Shown here: positions 49,244 through 59,117 of the stretch, piece by piece
How the letters are laid out: the number at the start of each line of letters is the position of its first letter
Numbering within the stretch: position 1 is the first letter of the stretch
Assembly: GCA_026983715.1 (NCBI GenBank)
Contig: JALSTM010000077.1
Location: forward strand, 304-64,303
DNA: 64,000 bases
Direction of reading: 5' to 3'
From: Desulfobacterales bacterium
GTDB lineage: Bacteria; Desulfobacterota; Syntrophobacteria; B119-G9
Notes under the pieces: generated by a model
Databases searched by the model: none
Told to the model about the DNA's origin: nothing
Seen by the model: only the letters and a program-made list of their open reading frames with translations
Position numbers and translations under genes: made by a program

Positions 49244-50326
49244 GTGCACAATTTTTTCCTTGCATTTACACCCTATCATGTATTGTTATCGTGTGCGGTA
49301 GCTCTTCAAGAATGCACCAATGATTACAACCACCTAGTGATTCGCCCGAGTTTTTCACATGCACAAGTATTGACATCGCTTCTTTCCAATTGGCAAGGGT
49401 CTCCATTTACCAAGATCTCTGTTATTCGTGGATTACATGGTGTGGTTAATGAAGGATTGAGAAGATTGATACTGAAAATGAATACGGTTAAATTGACGAA
49501 AATGGTGATGAAAGAGAGGGTCAATAAAGTTTATGTGGGCTCAGACGGAAGTCCCGAATCGCAAGGGGCCTTGTATTTTGCCAAGAGTTCTAATCGAGAA
49601 AGCAAGGGAATTTATATCGAAGACGGTTCCGCCGCATATAGCGCTGCCCGCTTCTCCGAAAGAAAGGCATGGAAAGAGAATGTTGAAAAGATTTTTTACG
49701 GAACCTGGTGGGAACATATCAACATTCATGGTACCTCGAAATGGACTGATGAAGCCAGGTTAATTTATCCTCGATTTGCGAGACCTGAGTTGAGAACTAG
49801 GGTCTTAAAAGGCATTGACAGGAGAAAAATATTGTGTCTGAGAAAAGCAAAATGGCCTGCCGAATATTTGTCAACCATGGGGCTTAATCAAGTGACCTTA
49901 CGATCAATTGATGGTCTACTTCTGTTGCCTCGTTCGACTTTGGTGGGTGGAATTTCAAATCTTGTATCTATTGTCGATAAGTTTGTGTATCAGGCTTCCA
50001 AACATCATCTGACGATCGGAATCAAGTGTCACCCACGCGATGTTGCGCAAGAATTTCTTGCAAACTGGGACAATAAACACGTGCAGGTGTTGCCGAGTTC
50101 GGTACCTGTGGAACTTCTGTATCTTTATGGTAGCGACAACCTCAGGTTCGTTGTGGCGGGGGGGTCCACTTCTCTCTTAACAGCTCGGTGGTTGCTAAGT
50201 AATGCAAAAATTGTTTGCACTTTATCCTTTTCTAAATCTCTGGATAATCGACTTATGGGTACTTTTCAGAAACTGGGTATCAAGTTGTCCGGATCAGCGG
50301 AAGAAACTTTTGGGTTGATGATCTGA
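49244..50326 (+). CDS. Putative GT52-like (sialyltransferase-type) glycosyltransferase carrying an 'HP' motif
   Basis: Architectural similarity to Lst-type GT52 enzymes (N-terminal 'FTPYHVLLS', mid 'VYVGSDGS', 'IKCHPRD' HP motif); no other family fits; follows the CMP-sugar synthetase genes. Confidence 0.4.
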   Translation: MHNFFLAFTPYHVLLSCAVALQECTNDYNHLVIRPSFSHAQVLTSLLSNWQGSPFTKISVIRGLHGVVNEGLRRLILKMNTVKLTKMVMKERVNKVYVGSDGSPESQGALYFAKSSNRESKGIYIEDGSAAYSAARFSERKAWKENVEKIFYGTWWEHINIHGTSKWTDEARLIYPRFARPELRTRVLKGIDRRKILCLRKAKWPAEYLSTMGLNQVTLRSIDGLLLLPRSTLVGGISNLVSIVDKFVYQASKHHLTIGIKCHPRDVAQEFLANWDNKHVQVLPSSVPVELLYLYGSDNLRFVVAGGSTSLLTARWLLSNAKIVCTLSFSKSLDNRLMGTFQKLGIKLSGSAEETFGLMI

Positions 50327-50445
50327 CCTAAGTCATAATTCACTCTGAGTGTCTCTCAAAGGTTTTTGCCTATCCAAGGTGATATTATTCCCATGGTGAT
50401 AAGTTTTTTAAGATCAATTTCACATAACCGGAAGCGTGAAAGATT

Positions 50446-51807
50446 GTGCTTAAAATAAGGCCTCATTATTTCCTTTATATGCTTGCAGCCAGTTTGCCTT
50501 TATCCGCCTTTCCATTCTTGAATTTCGAAACAAGGGCGATCACTTGGGACTGGGTTGTGCTGAGCGTACTGCTTCTTGTTTTTTTTGTTTCAGTGGCAAT
50601 GGGGAAAAAGGTTAAAATACCTCGGGACGAAGTCCTGCTATTCCTTTTTCTGTTTAATTTTTTTCTAATGCTTTCGGGAATACGTCCTGCACTATCTGAG
50701 AATAGTAAACAACTTTTAGATTTTCTCACCGCGTGGCCTCAATATGTGCTTTTTTCTTTGGCATTTGTGGTGATTGCAAGCTTACGTTGCCAGGCTTCGG
50801 TAGTTCGTTCAATATTGCAATGGTATCTTGTTGTAGCGTGGGTAGTGGCGATGTTTGGAATAATCCAGGCAATATCCCATTGGCTATTTCGTGTTGATCT
50901 CTATCCAAGATTAACTCACGTTATGTATACAAAATCTGAAAGCGGCTATGAAATGTATTTGGGCGGTCTGAGTCGGGCAGTCTCCATATTTGAAGAACCT
51001 CGTCAATTCGGAGAATATCTCGATGTGGCTTTTTTTACCACATTAATGAGTTTTCAATGGGATCCTCCGATATTCCGACATCGGTGGATGAGGAGAACTA
51101 TTTTTTCGGCCCTTCTGGTAGGAATACTTTTATCTCTCTCCACCAGCGCATATTTAGGGTTCGTAATCATGGCAATTCTTGTAATTGGAATTTCGGGAAC
51201 TCGGTTGCGCAAAAGGATTATAATGATGCTCCTTATGGGTCTAACAGGTGGACTTTTTTTCGCTTATATTCTGAAAATAAAATTTGGAGTCAGTTTAGGA
51301 GGATATTTGGCTAAACGGTTTCATACCCTACACCATGCCAGGGAAATTCTTGAATTAGATGTCGAACTTGGTGGGATCGCAAGATATATTAGGGGAACAA
51401 TAATAGCTCTTAAAGTGGCAGTTGAGAATCCTGTGTTCGGTACGGGGGTTAACCAGTCGCATTACTGGCTGAGCCCATATGAGAGTTTGGGGCCTGTGGT
51501 CATGCCTCCATTTGATCTTCTCGCATCAGTAGGGATACTGGGAACAACTTGTTTTGTTGGTTTTTTTTACGCACTGATGAAAAGGGCTTGCAATATAAGA
51601 AAACAACTTGGCGAAAAGAATCGCTTTGAAATAGAAACAGCGTTGGGATTGCTAGGAATTGCGGTTATCGCTACGTTAGGGGCAAGTTGGCACCAATATA
51701 ACACTAGCCTATTTTGGTTTCCGGTGTATGTTGCTACACTAATCATTTATAGTATGCCGACTTGGAAATTGAGATCTCCGGTTAAAAGCAATACGGATGA
51801 AAAATAG
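50446..51807 (+). CDS. O-antigen/EPS polymerase or ligase (Wzy/O-antigen-ligase-like, about 10 TM with a large periplasmic loop)
   Basis: 453 aa polytopic membrane protein; periplasmic loop between TM9-10 region; sits in a Wzx-containing locus. Confidence 0.6.
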   Translation: MLKIRPHYFLYMLAASLPLSAFPFLNFETRAITWDWVVLSVLLLVFFVSVAMGKKVKIPRDEVLLFLFLFNFFLMLSGIRPALSENSKQLLDFLTAWPQYVLFSLAFVVIASLRCQASVVRSILQWYLVVAWVVAMFGIIQAISHWLFRVDLYPRLTHVMYTKSESGYEMYLGGLSRAVSIFEEPRQFGEYLDVAFFTTLMSFQWDPPIFRHRWMRRTIFSALLVGILLSLSTSAYLGFVIMAILVIGISGTRLRKRIIMMLLMGLTGGLFFAYILKIKFGVSLGGYLAKRFHTLHHAREILELDVELGGIARYIRGTIIALKVAVENPVFGTGVNQSHYWLSPYESLGPVVMPPFDLLASVGILGTTCFVGFFYALMKRACNIRKQLGEKNRFEIETALGLLGIAVIATLGASWHQYNTSLFWFPVYVATLIIYSMPTWKLRSPVKSNTDEK

Positions 51808-52993
51808 TAAGGTTTTGATACTGTCAAATGCGCCTAGGCCAATTCCAAGATTGTTGTGTCAAATCAGCAGTTTGACGAAACTGGGGATAACTACGGATGT
51901 TTTATGCTGGCAACGAAGAAAGGGGGCTGTGGAAAGTGAGAAAATCGGCTGCCGAGTTGAGCAGATTTGTCTCCCTGCTCCCAAAGGGAAACCTTTTTTA
52001 ATATTTTGTATGCCCCTTTTATGGTTCTTAATGGTAAAAAAAGTACTTCGCCATTCTTTCAATGTTATTCACTGCACTCATCTTGGTTTGTTGCCTATGG
52101 CTGTTTTTCTGGGAAAGATTAAAAAAGCAAAAGTTGTTTACGACGATTATGATTTTGATAGTTTCAGAATAACAGAAATGATGGTTCCTCCTTTGAAGCC
52201 TTTGGGCAAAATTATTGCCATGGGAATAGAAAAGATTTTTCTCAGGCACGTAGATCACATCTTTGTAATCGATACTGCTGGAGATACTCTGTTACAACAC
52301 TACCGACGATATACTCCTAATGTCACATCCATTGCAAATTATCCAATATTAAACCAAAACGCTTTTAGTGGCACGAAAGAAATTCCCACGAATCTGCGCA
52401 AGGTGCTCGGGGATAAGACATTGATTTATGTGGGAGGAATAGAGATAGCCAAGGGTTGGAATGTGCTGTTAGAGTCTCTGAATCTGGTCAGAAATGAAAT
52501 TCCGGCTGTAAACCTTGTGATTCTGGGTGATTTTTCCGATCAGAAGCAAAAAGAGCAGTTTGATCACACCGTTAAAAAATATGAACTGAGCAGTCACGTT
52601 CAAGTTCTTGGATGGTTACCATATGAACAGATGATTCAGTATATTCGAGCATCACAAATAGGTATGGCGCTTTATCAGCCGAACCCAAGGTATCGATTAT
52701 CGAAAGGAAACGCACGTAAAATATATACGTATATGAGCTGCGGCATCCCAGTCATTGGCCCTGAATTTGGCGAAATAGGGACAATTCTTGTAAAGGAAAA
52801 GTGCGGACTAGTGGTTGATACGACCAACTCGCGTTTGGTTGCAGACGCCATTCTGTTTTTACTAACCCATCCGGAGGAACTTAACAGGATGGGGAAAAAC
52901 GGGCTCGAAGCAGTGACAAAACGGTACAATTGGGAAAATGAGAGTAAGAAATTCATAGCGGCCTATAGAACATTGCTCGATCAATTAACATAG
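51797..52993 (+). CDS. Glycosyltransferase family 4 (GT-B, retaining)
   Basis: C-terminal EX7E region 'MSCGIPVIGPEFGEIGTILVKEKCGLVV'. Confidence 0.8.
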   Translation: MKNSKVLILSNAPRPIPRLLCQISSLTKLGITTDVLCWQRRKGAVESEKIGCRVEQICLPAPKGKPFLIFCMPLLWFLMVKKVLRHSFNVIHCTHLGLLPMAVFLGKIKKAKVVYDDYDFDSFRITEMMVPPLKPLGKIIAMGIEKIFLRHVDHIFVIDTAGDTLLQHYRRYTPNVTSIANYPILNQNAFSGTKEIPTNLRKVLGDKTLIYVGGIEIAKGWNVLLESLNLVRNEIPAVNLVILGDFSDQKQKEQFDHTVKKYELSSHVQVLGWLPYEQMIQYIRASQIGMALYQPNPRYRLSKGNARKIYTYMSCGIPVIGPEFGEIGTILVKEKCGLVVDTTNSRLVADAILFLLTHPEELNRMGKNGLEAVTKRYNWENESKKFIAAYRTLLDQLT

Positions 52994-53138
52994 AGCTTTG
53001 AAATCGAAATGATATGGTTGGCAGATAACAGAGAAAGGAGGTAACACAATTTGAGTTATCGCAACGATTACTTCAAAAATTGAGAGTTTCAAAAAGACAT
53101 GAATGCGTGGTGGAGAATATTTGGGAGGTGAGTATAAA

Positions 53139-53768
53139 ATGTCGGAGGAACATTATGTAGAATCAGGGAAAAATTGCCTATTCCAACATGGTGTGGTGTT
53201 AGGGCTGCGTTATAAAGAAGGTTGTTCTCCGTTTAGAGTCGGTAATGGAGCGTGTATTCGTACCGGCACAATTATTTATGCTGACGTAATTGCAGGGGAC
53301 GATTTTCAAACGGGGCACAACGTTCTAATTAGGGAGAAAACTGTTTTCGGCAATCATATTGTAGTGGGTACTAATACAGTTATTGATGGGCACGTGACAA
53401 TAGGTGACTTTGTGAAAGTAGAATCAAATTGTTACATACCCACCCATGTAACTATTGGCTCTCGTGTATTCTTTGGACCGGGTGTGATCCTTACCAACGA
53501 TCGATATCCTCAAAAGATGAGAGATCAATATCGACCTGAAGGACCAGTAATTGAGGACGGAGTAACACTGGGTGCCGGTGTGGTAGTTTTGCCGGGAGTA
53601 ACAGTAGGAAAAGGTTCTTTTGTCGCTGCAGGTGCAGTGGTAACAAAAGACATCCCCTCCATGAGTTTTGTCAAAGGAATACCTGGTAAAATTTCTTCCC
53701 TACCGGACAAATTGAGGGAGTTCAATATGGCTAAAAACTGGAGGAAGTACCTGAATGAAAAAGATTAG
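53139..53768 (+). CDS. Left-handed beta-helix (hexapeptide) sugar N-acetyltransferase, WbpD/PglD-like; start at ATG 53139 with RBS GGGAGGTG
   Basis: Repeated [LIV]GxxxxI hexapeptides ('IGDFVKVESNCYIPTHVTIGSRVFFGPGVIL...GVTLGAGVVVLPGVTVG'). Confidence 0.8.
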   Translation: MSEEHYVESGKNCLFQHGVVLGLRYKEGCSPFRVGNGACIRTGTIIYADVIAGDDFQTGHNVLIREKTVFGNHIVVGTNTVIDGHVTIGDFVKVESNCYIPTHVTIGSRVFFGPGVILTNDRYPQKMRDQYRPEGPVIEDGVTLGAGVVVLPGVTVGKGSFVAAGAVVTKDIPSMSFVKGIPGKISSLPDKLREFNMAKNWRKYLNEKD

Positions 53769-54774
53769 AGTTGCTTTGATTGGTTGTGGTAAACAGGCAG
53801 AGAAACATCTTGCAAGCCTTATGGCATATCCAAATGTCGATGTGATACTTTCTGATATGCAACCTGATCTTGCCCGATCTTTGGCCAAGAAAAACAAAGT
53901 GGCATGTGTGGATTATCCGGAGGAGGTATTCGAAATTAACGATGTACTAGCGGTTCTAATATGTACACCGACGGCTTCGCACGCTGGTTTGATTAAAAAA
54001 GCGCTTGAAAATGGTAAAGATGTCTTTTGCGAGAAACCTTTGTGCGTAAAACTTGAAGAAGCTTTTGAGTTGAAGGATCTGGAGGAAAAAACAGGCCACA
54101 GCGTGATGGTTGGCTATATTTACCGTTATGTACCAATATTTGAGGAGGGTCACCGACTGTTTTCAAAATACAGGATAGATGAAGAGAGCCTGATTCTAGG
54201 GAAACCTTTGAGCGCTTTTTTTAGACTCGGCGGACGAGGTGGTCATAGAGCGTGGAAGCATAGCAAAAACCGAGGCGGTGGTGCCATAAACGAAATGCTG
54301 GTTCACATGATTGATCTTGCCAATTGGTACTTTGGGCCTCTCTACGATGTAGAAGTTATTTCGAATGAGTTGAAGTGTCCGGAGCGGATAATCGAGGGAG
54401 ACCTTTTGAAGGTTGACGCAGAAGATTTCGTTATGATTCGCTGCTTCGGATTTTCCGGTGTAGAAATCTTTTGTCAAGCTGACCTCATTACACCGGCATT
54501 TAACCAGTATGTTGAGATACAGTGTGAAAATGGAACCTTCATGGGCTCCATACAACCTGAAATGCCTTCGTTTGTTTATATGAAAAGGGCGCGGGGAGGA
54601 TACGAAGCTGGAAAGACAGTGCTCAAATATGGTAAGAGGAAAGTCTTAGATATTCAAATGGCCCATTTTATCAAGGTCATATCAGAAAGAAAAAGGCCAG
54701 ATCGTAATCGTATCGAAGACTCGATTGAATTGATGAGAATTATCCGAGAGATATTATCGCAGAGTAGAAAATGA
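53755..54774 (+). CDS. Gfo/Idh/MocA-family NAD-dependent sugar oxidoreductase (WbpB-like)
   Basis: 'KIRVALIGCGKQAEKH' Rossmann; 14-nt overlap with the acetyltransferase gene. Confidence 0.8.
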   Translation: MKKIRVALIGCGKQAEKHLASLMAYPNVDVILSDMQPDLARSLAKKNKVACVDYPEEVFEINDVLAVLICTPTASHAGLIKKALENGKDVFCEKPLCVKLEEAFELKDLEEKTGHSVMVGYIYRYVPIFEEGHRLFSKYRIDEESLILGKPLSAFFRLGGRGGHRAWKHSKNRGGGAINEMLVHMIDLANWYFGPLYDVEVISNELKCPERIIEGDLLKVDAEDFVMIRCFGFSGVEIFCQADLITPAFNQYVEIQCENGTFMGSIQPEMPSFVYMKRARGGYEAGKTVLKYGKRKVLDIQMAHFIKVISERKRPDRNRIEDSIELMRIIREILSQSRK

Positions 54775-55916
54775 ATAAGAAAAATAACATACTGATGGCG
54801 GAAATCAAGCTGACTGATGCGGAAGTTGAAGCTGCAGTCCGTGTGCTTAGATCTGGGAAGCTGCGGCAGGGCAAGGAATGCAGAGCTTTTGAGGAAGAGT
54901 TTGCGGAAAAAGTGGGTGCAAAATGTGCTGTTACATGCGCTAGTGGTACAGCTGCACTGCATCTCGCTTACATGACACTGCTTAAACCTTCTGATGAAGT
55001 GCTGGTACCAAGTTTCACCTTTATTGCTACGGCGAGCATGGTCACGATGTCGGGGGGGAAACCAGTTTTCTGTGATATAGATCCTGAGACTTTTCTGATA
55101 GATTTAAGAGATGCTGAGAGGAAGATAACATCACGAACAAAAGTTATTTCTCCTGTCCACCTCTTTGGAAATCCTTGTGATGTCGAAGCAATTAGAAAGT
55201 TTGCTGATAAATATGGACTGAAAATCGTCTGGGATGCAGCTCAGGCTCACGGTGCGACTTTTAAAGGGAAAGATGTGGGTTCTTTTGGCGAGTTTGTATG
55301 TTATTCGTTTTATCCTTCAAAAAATATGTTTGTCGGTGAAGGTGGAATGATCTGCACAAACAATTCGGAACTTGGAAATAGGGTCAGATATCTTAGAACA
55401 CACGGTCAAACGGATAAATATTACCATACCATGTTGGGTTTTAACTACCGCATGACTGATGTGGAAGCAGCGATCGGAAGGGAACAATTAAAACGACTAG
55501 ATAGCATGTTGCATATTAGGAGGCAAAATGCGGAAATCCTGAACAGAGGTTTGACAGGCATACAAGGGATTCGGCCCCAAAAGACCACTCCCAACGCTTG
55601 TCATGCGTGGCATCAGTACAGCGTAGTAATAGAACCTGAAGATTTTCGGTGTACTAGAGCTGAACTTGCAAAATTTTTGGAAGCAAGAGGGGTCGCCACC
55701 AACGTTCATTATCCACGCGGATTGCATCAACAGCCCATTTTTGAAAGGATGTACGGAAAAGTTGTTCTTCCAAACACTGAATCTCTTGCGAAAAACATCC
55801 TAGCATTGCCCGTGCATCATGGATTGTCTAAAGCTGATGTAGAGAGGATTGTTGAAGTGATATATGAAGCTGGTCGACACTTTAATGGCAAAACGCATGG
55901 CCTATCCCAAGTGTAA
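54771..55916 (+). CDS. DegT/DnrJ/EryC1/StrS PLP-dependent sugar aminotransferase (WbpE/PseC/PglE-like)
   Basis: 'CTNNSELGNRVRYLRTHGQ', 'FYPSKNM' PLP-lysine region; 4-nt overlap with upstream gene. Confidence 0.85.
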   Translation: MNKKNNILMAEIKLTDAEVEAAVRVLRSGKLRQGKECRAFEEEFAEKVGAKCAVTCASGTAALHLAYMTLLKPSDEVLVPSFTFIATASMVTMSGGKPVFCDIDPETFLIDLRDAERKITSRTKVISPVHLFGNPCDVEAIRKFADKYGLKIVWDAAQAHGATFKGKDVGSFGEFVCYSFYPSKNMFVGEGGMICTNNSELGNRVRYLRTHGQTDKYYHTMLGFNYRMTDVEAAIGREQLKRLDSMLHIRRQNAEILNRGLTGIQGIRPQKTTPNACHAWHQYSVVIEPEDFRCTRAELAKFLEARGVATNVHYPRGLHQQPIFERMYGKVVLPNTESLAKNILALPVHHGLSKADVERIVEVIYEAGRHFNGKTHGLSQV

Positions 55917-55952
55917 CCAAACTGGCAAGGATCTCGGTTTAAATAGAATGAT

Positions 55953-57170
55953 ATGAAAGTCTGGATACTTAATCATTACGCTGGTACTCCAGATACTACG
56001 CCGGCGATACGTCCCTACAGTTATGGCAAGGAACTAGTGCGACGAGGGCACGAAGTAACTATATTTGCTTCCAGCTTCAGCCATTATTCATTCGAAGAAG
56101 AACATCTTGCTCCTGGTGAAAGCTGGAAAGCAGAATACTACGATGGAATAAGATTCATCTGGGTAAAAACGCGGCCTTATTTTCGGAATGATTGGCGACG
56201 TTTTGCGAATATGGTTGATTACTCCCTATGGGCTTTACTGATCGGTGTGAAGAGCAGAGAAAAACCGGACGTTATCATAGGCACGTGCGGTCATCTCCTG
56301 GGTGTTCTGGCTGCTTATTTTCTCTCTCTTTTTAAAGGAAGTCGCTTTTTTTATGAGCCAACTGATCTGTGGCCTGAATCCTTGATAGATCTAGGCGCAA
56401 TTTCTGAGAAGGGGTTGGTTGCCAGGGGGCTTCGAATCTTGAGTAAGTTCCTGTGCGTTAAGGCTGAAGGAATCATAACTAATCTTCCCAATTTGGGTGA
56501 TTATGTAGAGGCTTTTGGTGTATCAAGGGACAAAGTGATATATTTACCCAATGGCGTAGACTTTTCCATTTACAAAGGGATAAAACCTTACGACGGGGGA
56601 GCTGGCAAGACTTTTACCATCATGTACATAGGTGGTTTTGCTAAGGCTCATGGGTTGGAGTACACTATCGAAGCCGCTCGCATACTTAAAGATGAAGGGT
56701 TTGACGGAATTCGTTTTGTCTTGGTAGGGGATGGACCAGAGAAAAGTAAGTTAGAAAAGATTTGTAATGAAATGGGACTCGAAAACGTTGAGTTTTGGGG
56801 CTGGGTCCCGAAGGCGAAACTTCCGAAAGTTATGGAGAAAGCTGATGCCTTTTCTTGTAGTTCGCTGGATATGCCTGTGCATAGATTTGGCATGGGTTTT
56901 AATAAGCTCTACGATTATCTGGTTGCCGGTCGTCCAATCATTTATTCCGTTAATTCGAAAAATCGCCCTGTTGATGAGGCTCGGGCAGGAATTTCCATAC
57001 CTGCTGAAAGTGCTGAGTCACTTGCAGTTGCAGTGAAGATGCTTGTTTCTATGACCCCTGAGCAACGCCGCGAAATGGGGAACAACGGCTTTATTTACGT
57101 GAAAAAAAATCACGATTTTGAGATCCTGGGCGGGAAGCTTGAATCAGCCTTACAACAAAGCCTTTCATAA
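55953..57170 (+). CDS. Glycosyltransferase family 4
   Basis: GT-B two-domain pattern; C-terminal 'AFSCSSLDMPVHRFGMGFNKLYDYLVAGRPII'. Confidence 0.8.
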   Translation: MKVWILNHYAGTPDTTPAIRPYSYGKELVRRGHEVTIFASSFSHYSFEEEHLAPGESWKAEYYDGIRFIWVKTRPYFRNDWRRFANMVDYSLWALLIGVKSREKPDVIIGTCGHLLGVLAAYFLSLFKGSRFFYEPTDLWPESLIDLGAISEKGLVARGLRILSKFLCVKAEGIITNLPNLGDYVEAFGVSRDKVIYLPNGVDFSIYKGIKPYDGGAGKTFTIMYIGGFAKAHGLEYTIEAARILKDEGFDGIRFVLVGDGPEKSKLEKICNEMGLENVEFWGWVPKAKLPKVMEKADAFSCSSLDMPVHRFGMGFNKLYDYLVAGRPIIYSVNSKNRPVDEARAGISIPAESAESLAVAVKMLVSMTPEQRREMGNNGFIYVKKNHDFEILGGKLESALQQSLS

Positions 57171-57217
57171 GTGATGAAATCATCTCTTAAAATGTGTGAA
57201 AAAAATGCAAACAAAAA

Positions 57218-57961
57218 GTGCCTGTAGCTTCTGGGAGTAAGGATTCTGGGTTGAGTCTTGGTGAAAAAGCGACATGTAATTTAAAAATGGGGTTGAAGGC
57301 TGGTGGTGCACCCAGAATGTGGAAGCGCATTATCCGGCATTCTATTCCACATATAAAGCAGCTCGTGTTGCCCGGTAGCCAAATTCTTGAAGTTGGTTAT
57401 GGTGATGGATTACTAAGCTGCTATTTGGTCCAAAAACTGGGTTGGTATCTAACTGGTTTTGATATTTCACCCGAAGCCCATGAGACTGCAATCAAGAATG
57501 CCAAACGTTTTGGACTGGAAGACAGAGCTGAATTTCGCTTTTGCAGTCCTGAAGAAACTTGGCAGCATTGCGGTCGATATGATGCGGTGTTCATCAAAAC
57601 AGTACTTTATAGTTCGCCAAATTTGGCCGAATACGGCAGGAGGCTTGACTGGATTATATCAGTGCTGAGACCAGGAGGTGTGCTGATTAATTTTGAAACC
57701 GGCCGAGCTAACTACCTTGTGAATATTTACCGCCGGATAAGGAGGAGGGAATACACAAATTTATGTCTTTATACTAGCGAGGTAGAGGCCTTGTATAATG
57801 CCCGGTTTGACATAGTTTTTAGAAGATACTATGGAGGGTGGAGCCAGTTTGCTGCTCCCATTAAAGGTGTTTACAATTTCATGGTCCTGCTGGAGGAAAG
57901 TTTTCGACCAAGGGGCCCGGATAATTGTTTTGCTGTGAGCATCATTGCCAAGAAACGATAA
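57218..57961 (+). CDS. Class I SAM-dependent methyltransferase (start uncertain; alternative ATGs at 57287 and 57317)
   Basis: Motif I 'ILEVGYGDGLLS', motif II 'AVFIKTVLY'. Confidence 0.65.
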   Translation: MPVASGSKDSGLSLGEKATCNLKMGLKAGGAPRMWKRIIRHSIPHIKQLVLPGSQILEVGYGDGLLSCYLVQKLGWYLTGFDISPEAHETAIKNAKRFGLEDRAEFRFCSPEETWQHCGRYDAVFIKTVLYSSPNLAEYGRRLDWIISVLRPGGVLINFETGRANYLVNIYRRIRRREYTNLCLYTSEVEALYNARFDIVFRRYYGGWSQFAAPIKGVYNFMVLLEESFRPRGPDNCFAVSIIAKKR

Positions 57962-58451
57962 CTTGAAGTATCCAATTGCTGCACAAAGACGTGATATTGT
58001 ATTGGTGTTCTTGGGCTAAAGGAAGAGCTTTTCTATTTGAGGAAACTCTGATTAGTTACTTAGTTTGCCTATGGTCTCTTGCACGTCATACCGGACCCCT
58101 GATCCAGTCAGGGACAGGCTCTGATCCGGGGTCCAATTAAAGAATCCTAGGTTCCGATTCTACGCTTCGCTCCGGCCGGAATAACGATTTCTAAGTTGTG
58201 ATCATCCTACTTGTTTAATTGATTGTACTCCTAAAAATCGGAACTAATCGGAGCTTCCCTGATTGAAGAGATTTAATAACTTTTGGATCTTTGGTGTTGG
58301 GATCCAGGACGGCAGGTGAGGCAGGTCTGGTACTCAAGTAATAGCGGAAGTATTCTAATCAAAACCCCATTGAAGATTTTATCAAAATCCCCAATGACTC
58401 GTTATAATGAGCTGCAAACTCAAGCAATGGTTTTCCGATCCACGAGGAGTT

Positions 58452-59099
58452 ATGAAACGAGGTTTTGACATTGTCTGTGCTGCTACAGGTCTGTTGGTTT
58501 TGAGCCCCTTGCTGATCTTGATTGCCCGGAGGATTAAAAAGGAAGATGGCGGTCCTATTTTTTACAGGGGTGAGAGGGTCGGACGGCATGGTAAGACTTT
58601 CAGAATTTATAAGTTCAGAACTATGGTCGTGGATGCGGAGAAAATAGGTCCGTGTTCTACGTCGGAAGAAGATCCGAGGATTACTAGAATCGGGCATTTT
58701 TTAAGGAAACGTAAGCTTGATGAATTACCACAATTGATAAACGTGCTGTTGGGAGACATGAGTATCGTTGGGCCTAGACCCGAAGTAAAACGTTTTGTAG
58801 ACATGTTTACGGATAGAGAAAAAGCTATTCTATCGGTTAGGCCAGGAATTACTGACTGGGCATCCATATGGAACTGTGATGAGGGTTCAGTGCTGGCAGG
58901 TGCGAAAGATCCCGATAAGGTTTACCTTGAACAAATTCGACCTACAAAAATTGCATTGCAACTAAAATACGTTGAAGAACAAAGTTTTCGCACAGATCTA
59001 AAAATAATATTCTTAACTCTGCTTGCCGTGATTAACCCTGAGATTAAAATGATCCGAGAAATTAGGCAATATATAATCCCTCACAATAACCCGGTCTAA
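58452..59099 (+). CDS. Undecaprenyl-phosphate sugar phosphotransferase (small PglC/WbaP-C-terminal type initiating transferase); start at 'MKRGFDIV'
   Basis: 'KRGFDIVCAATGLLVLSPLLILIA' TM helix, 'DELPQLINVLLGDMSIVGPRPE' catalytic signature of the bacterial sugar transferase family. Confidence 0.85.
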   Translation: MKRGFDIVCAATGLLVLSPLLILIARRIKKEDGGPIFYRGERVGRHGKTFRIYKFRTMVVDAEKIGPCSTSEEDPRITRIGHFLRKRKLDELPQLINVLLGDMSIVGPRPEVKRFVDMFTDREKAILSVRPGITDWASIWNCDEGSVLAGAKDPDKVYLEQIRPTKIALQLKYVEEQSFRTDLKIIFLTLLAVINPEIKMIREIRQYIIPHNNPV

Positions 59100-59117
59100 T
59101 ACGTTTGGAGGATAATA

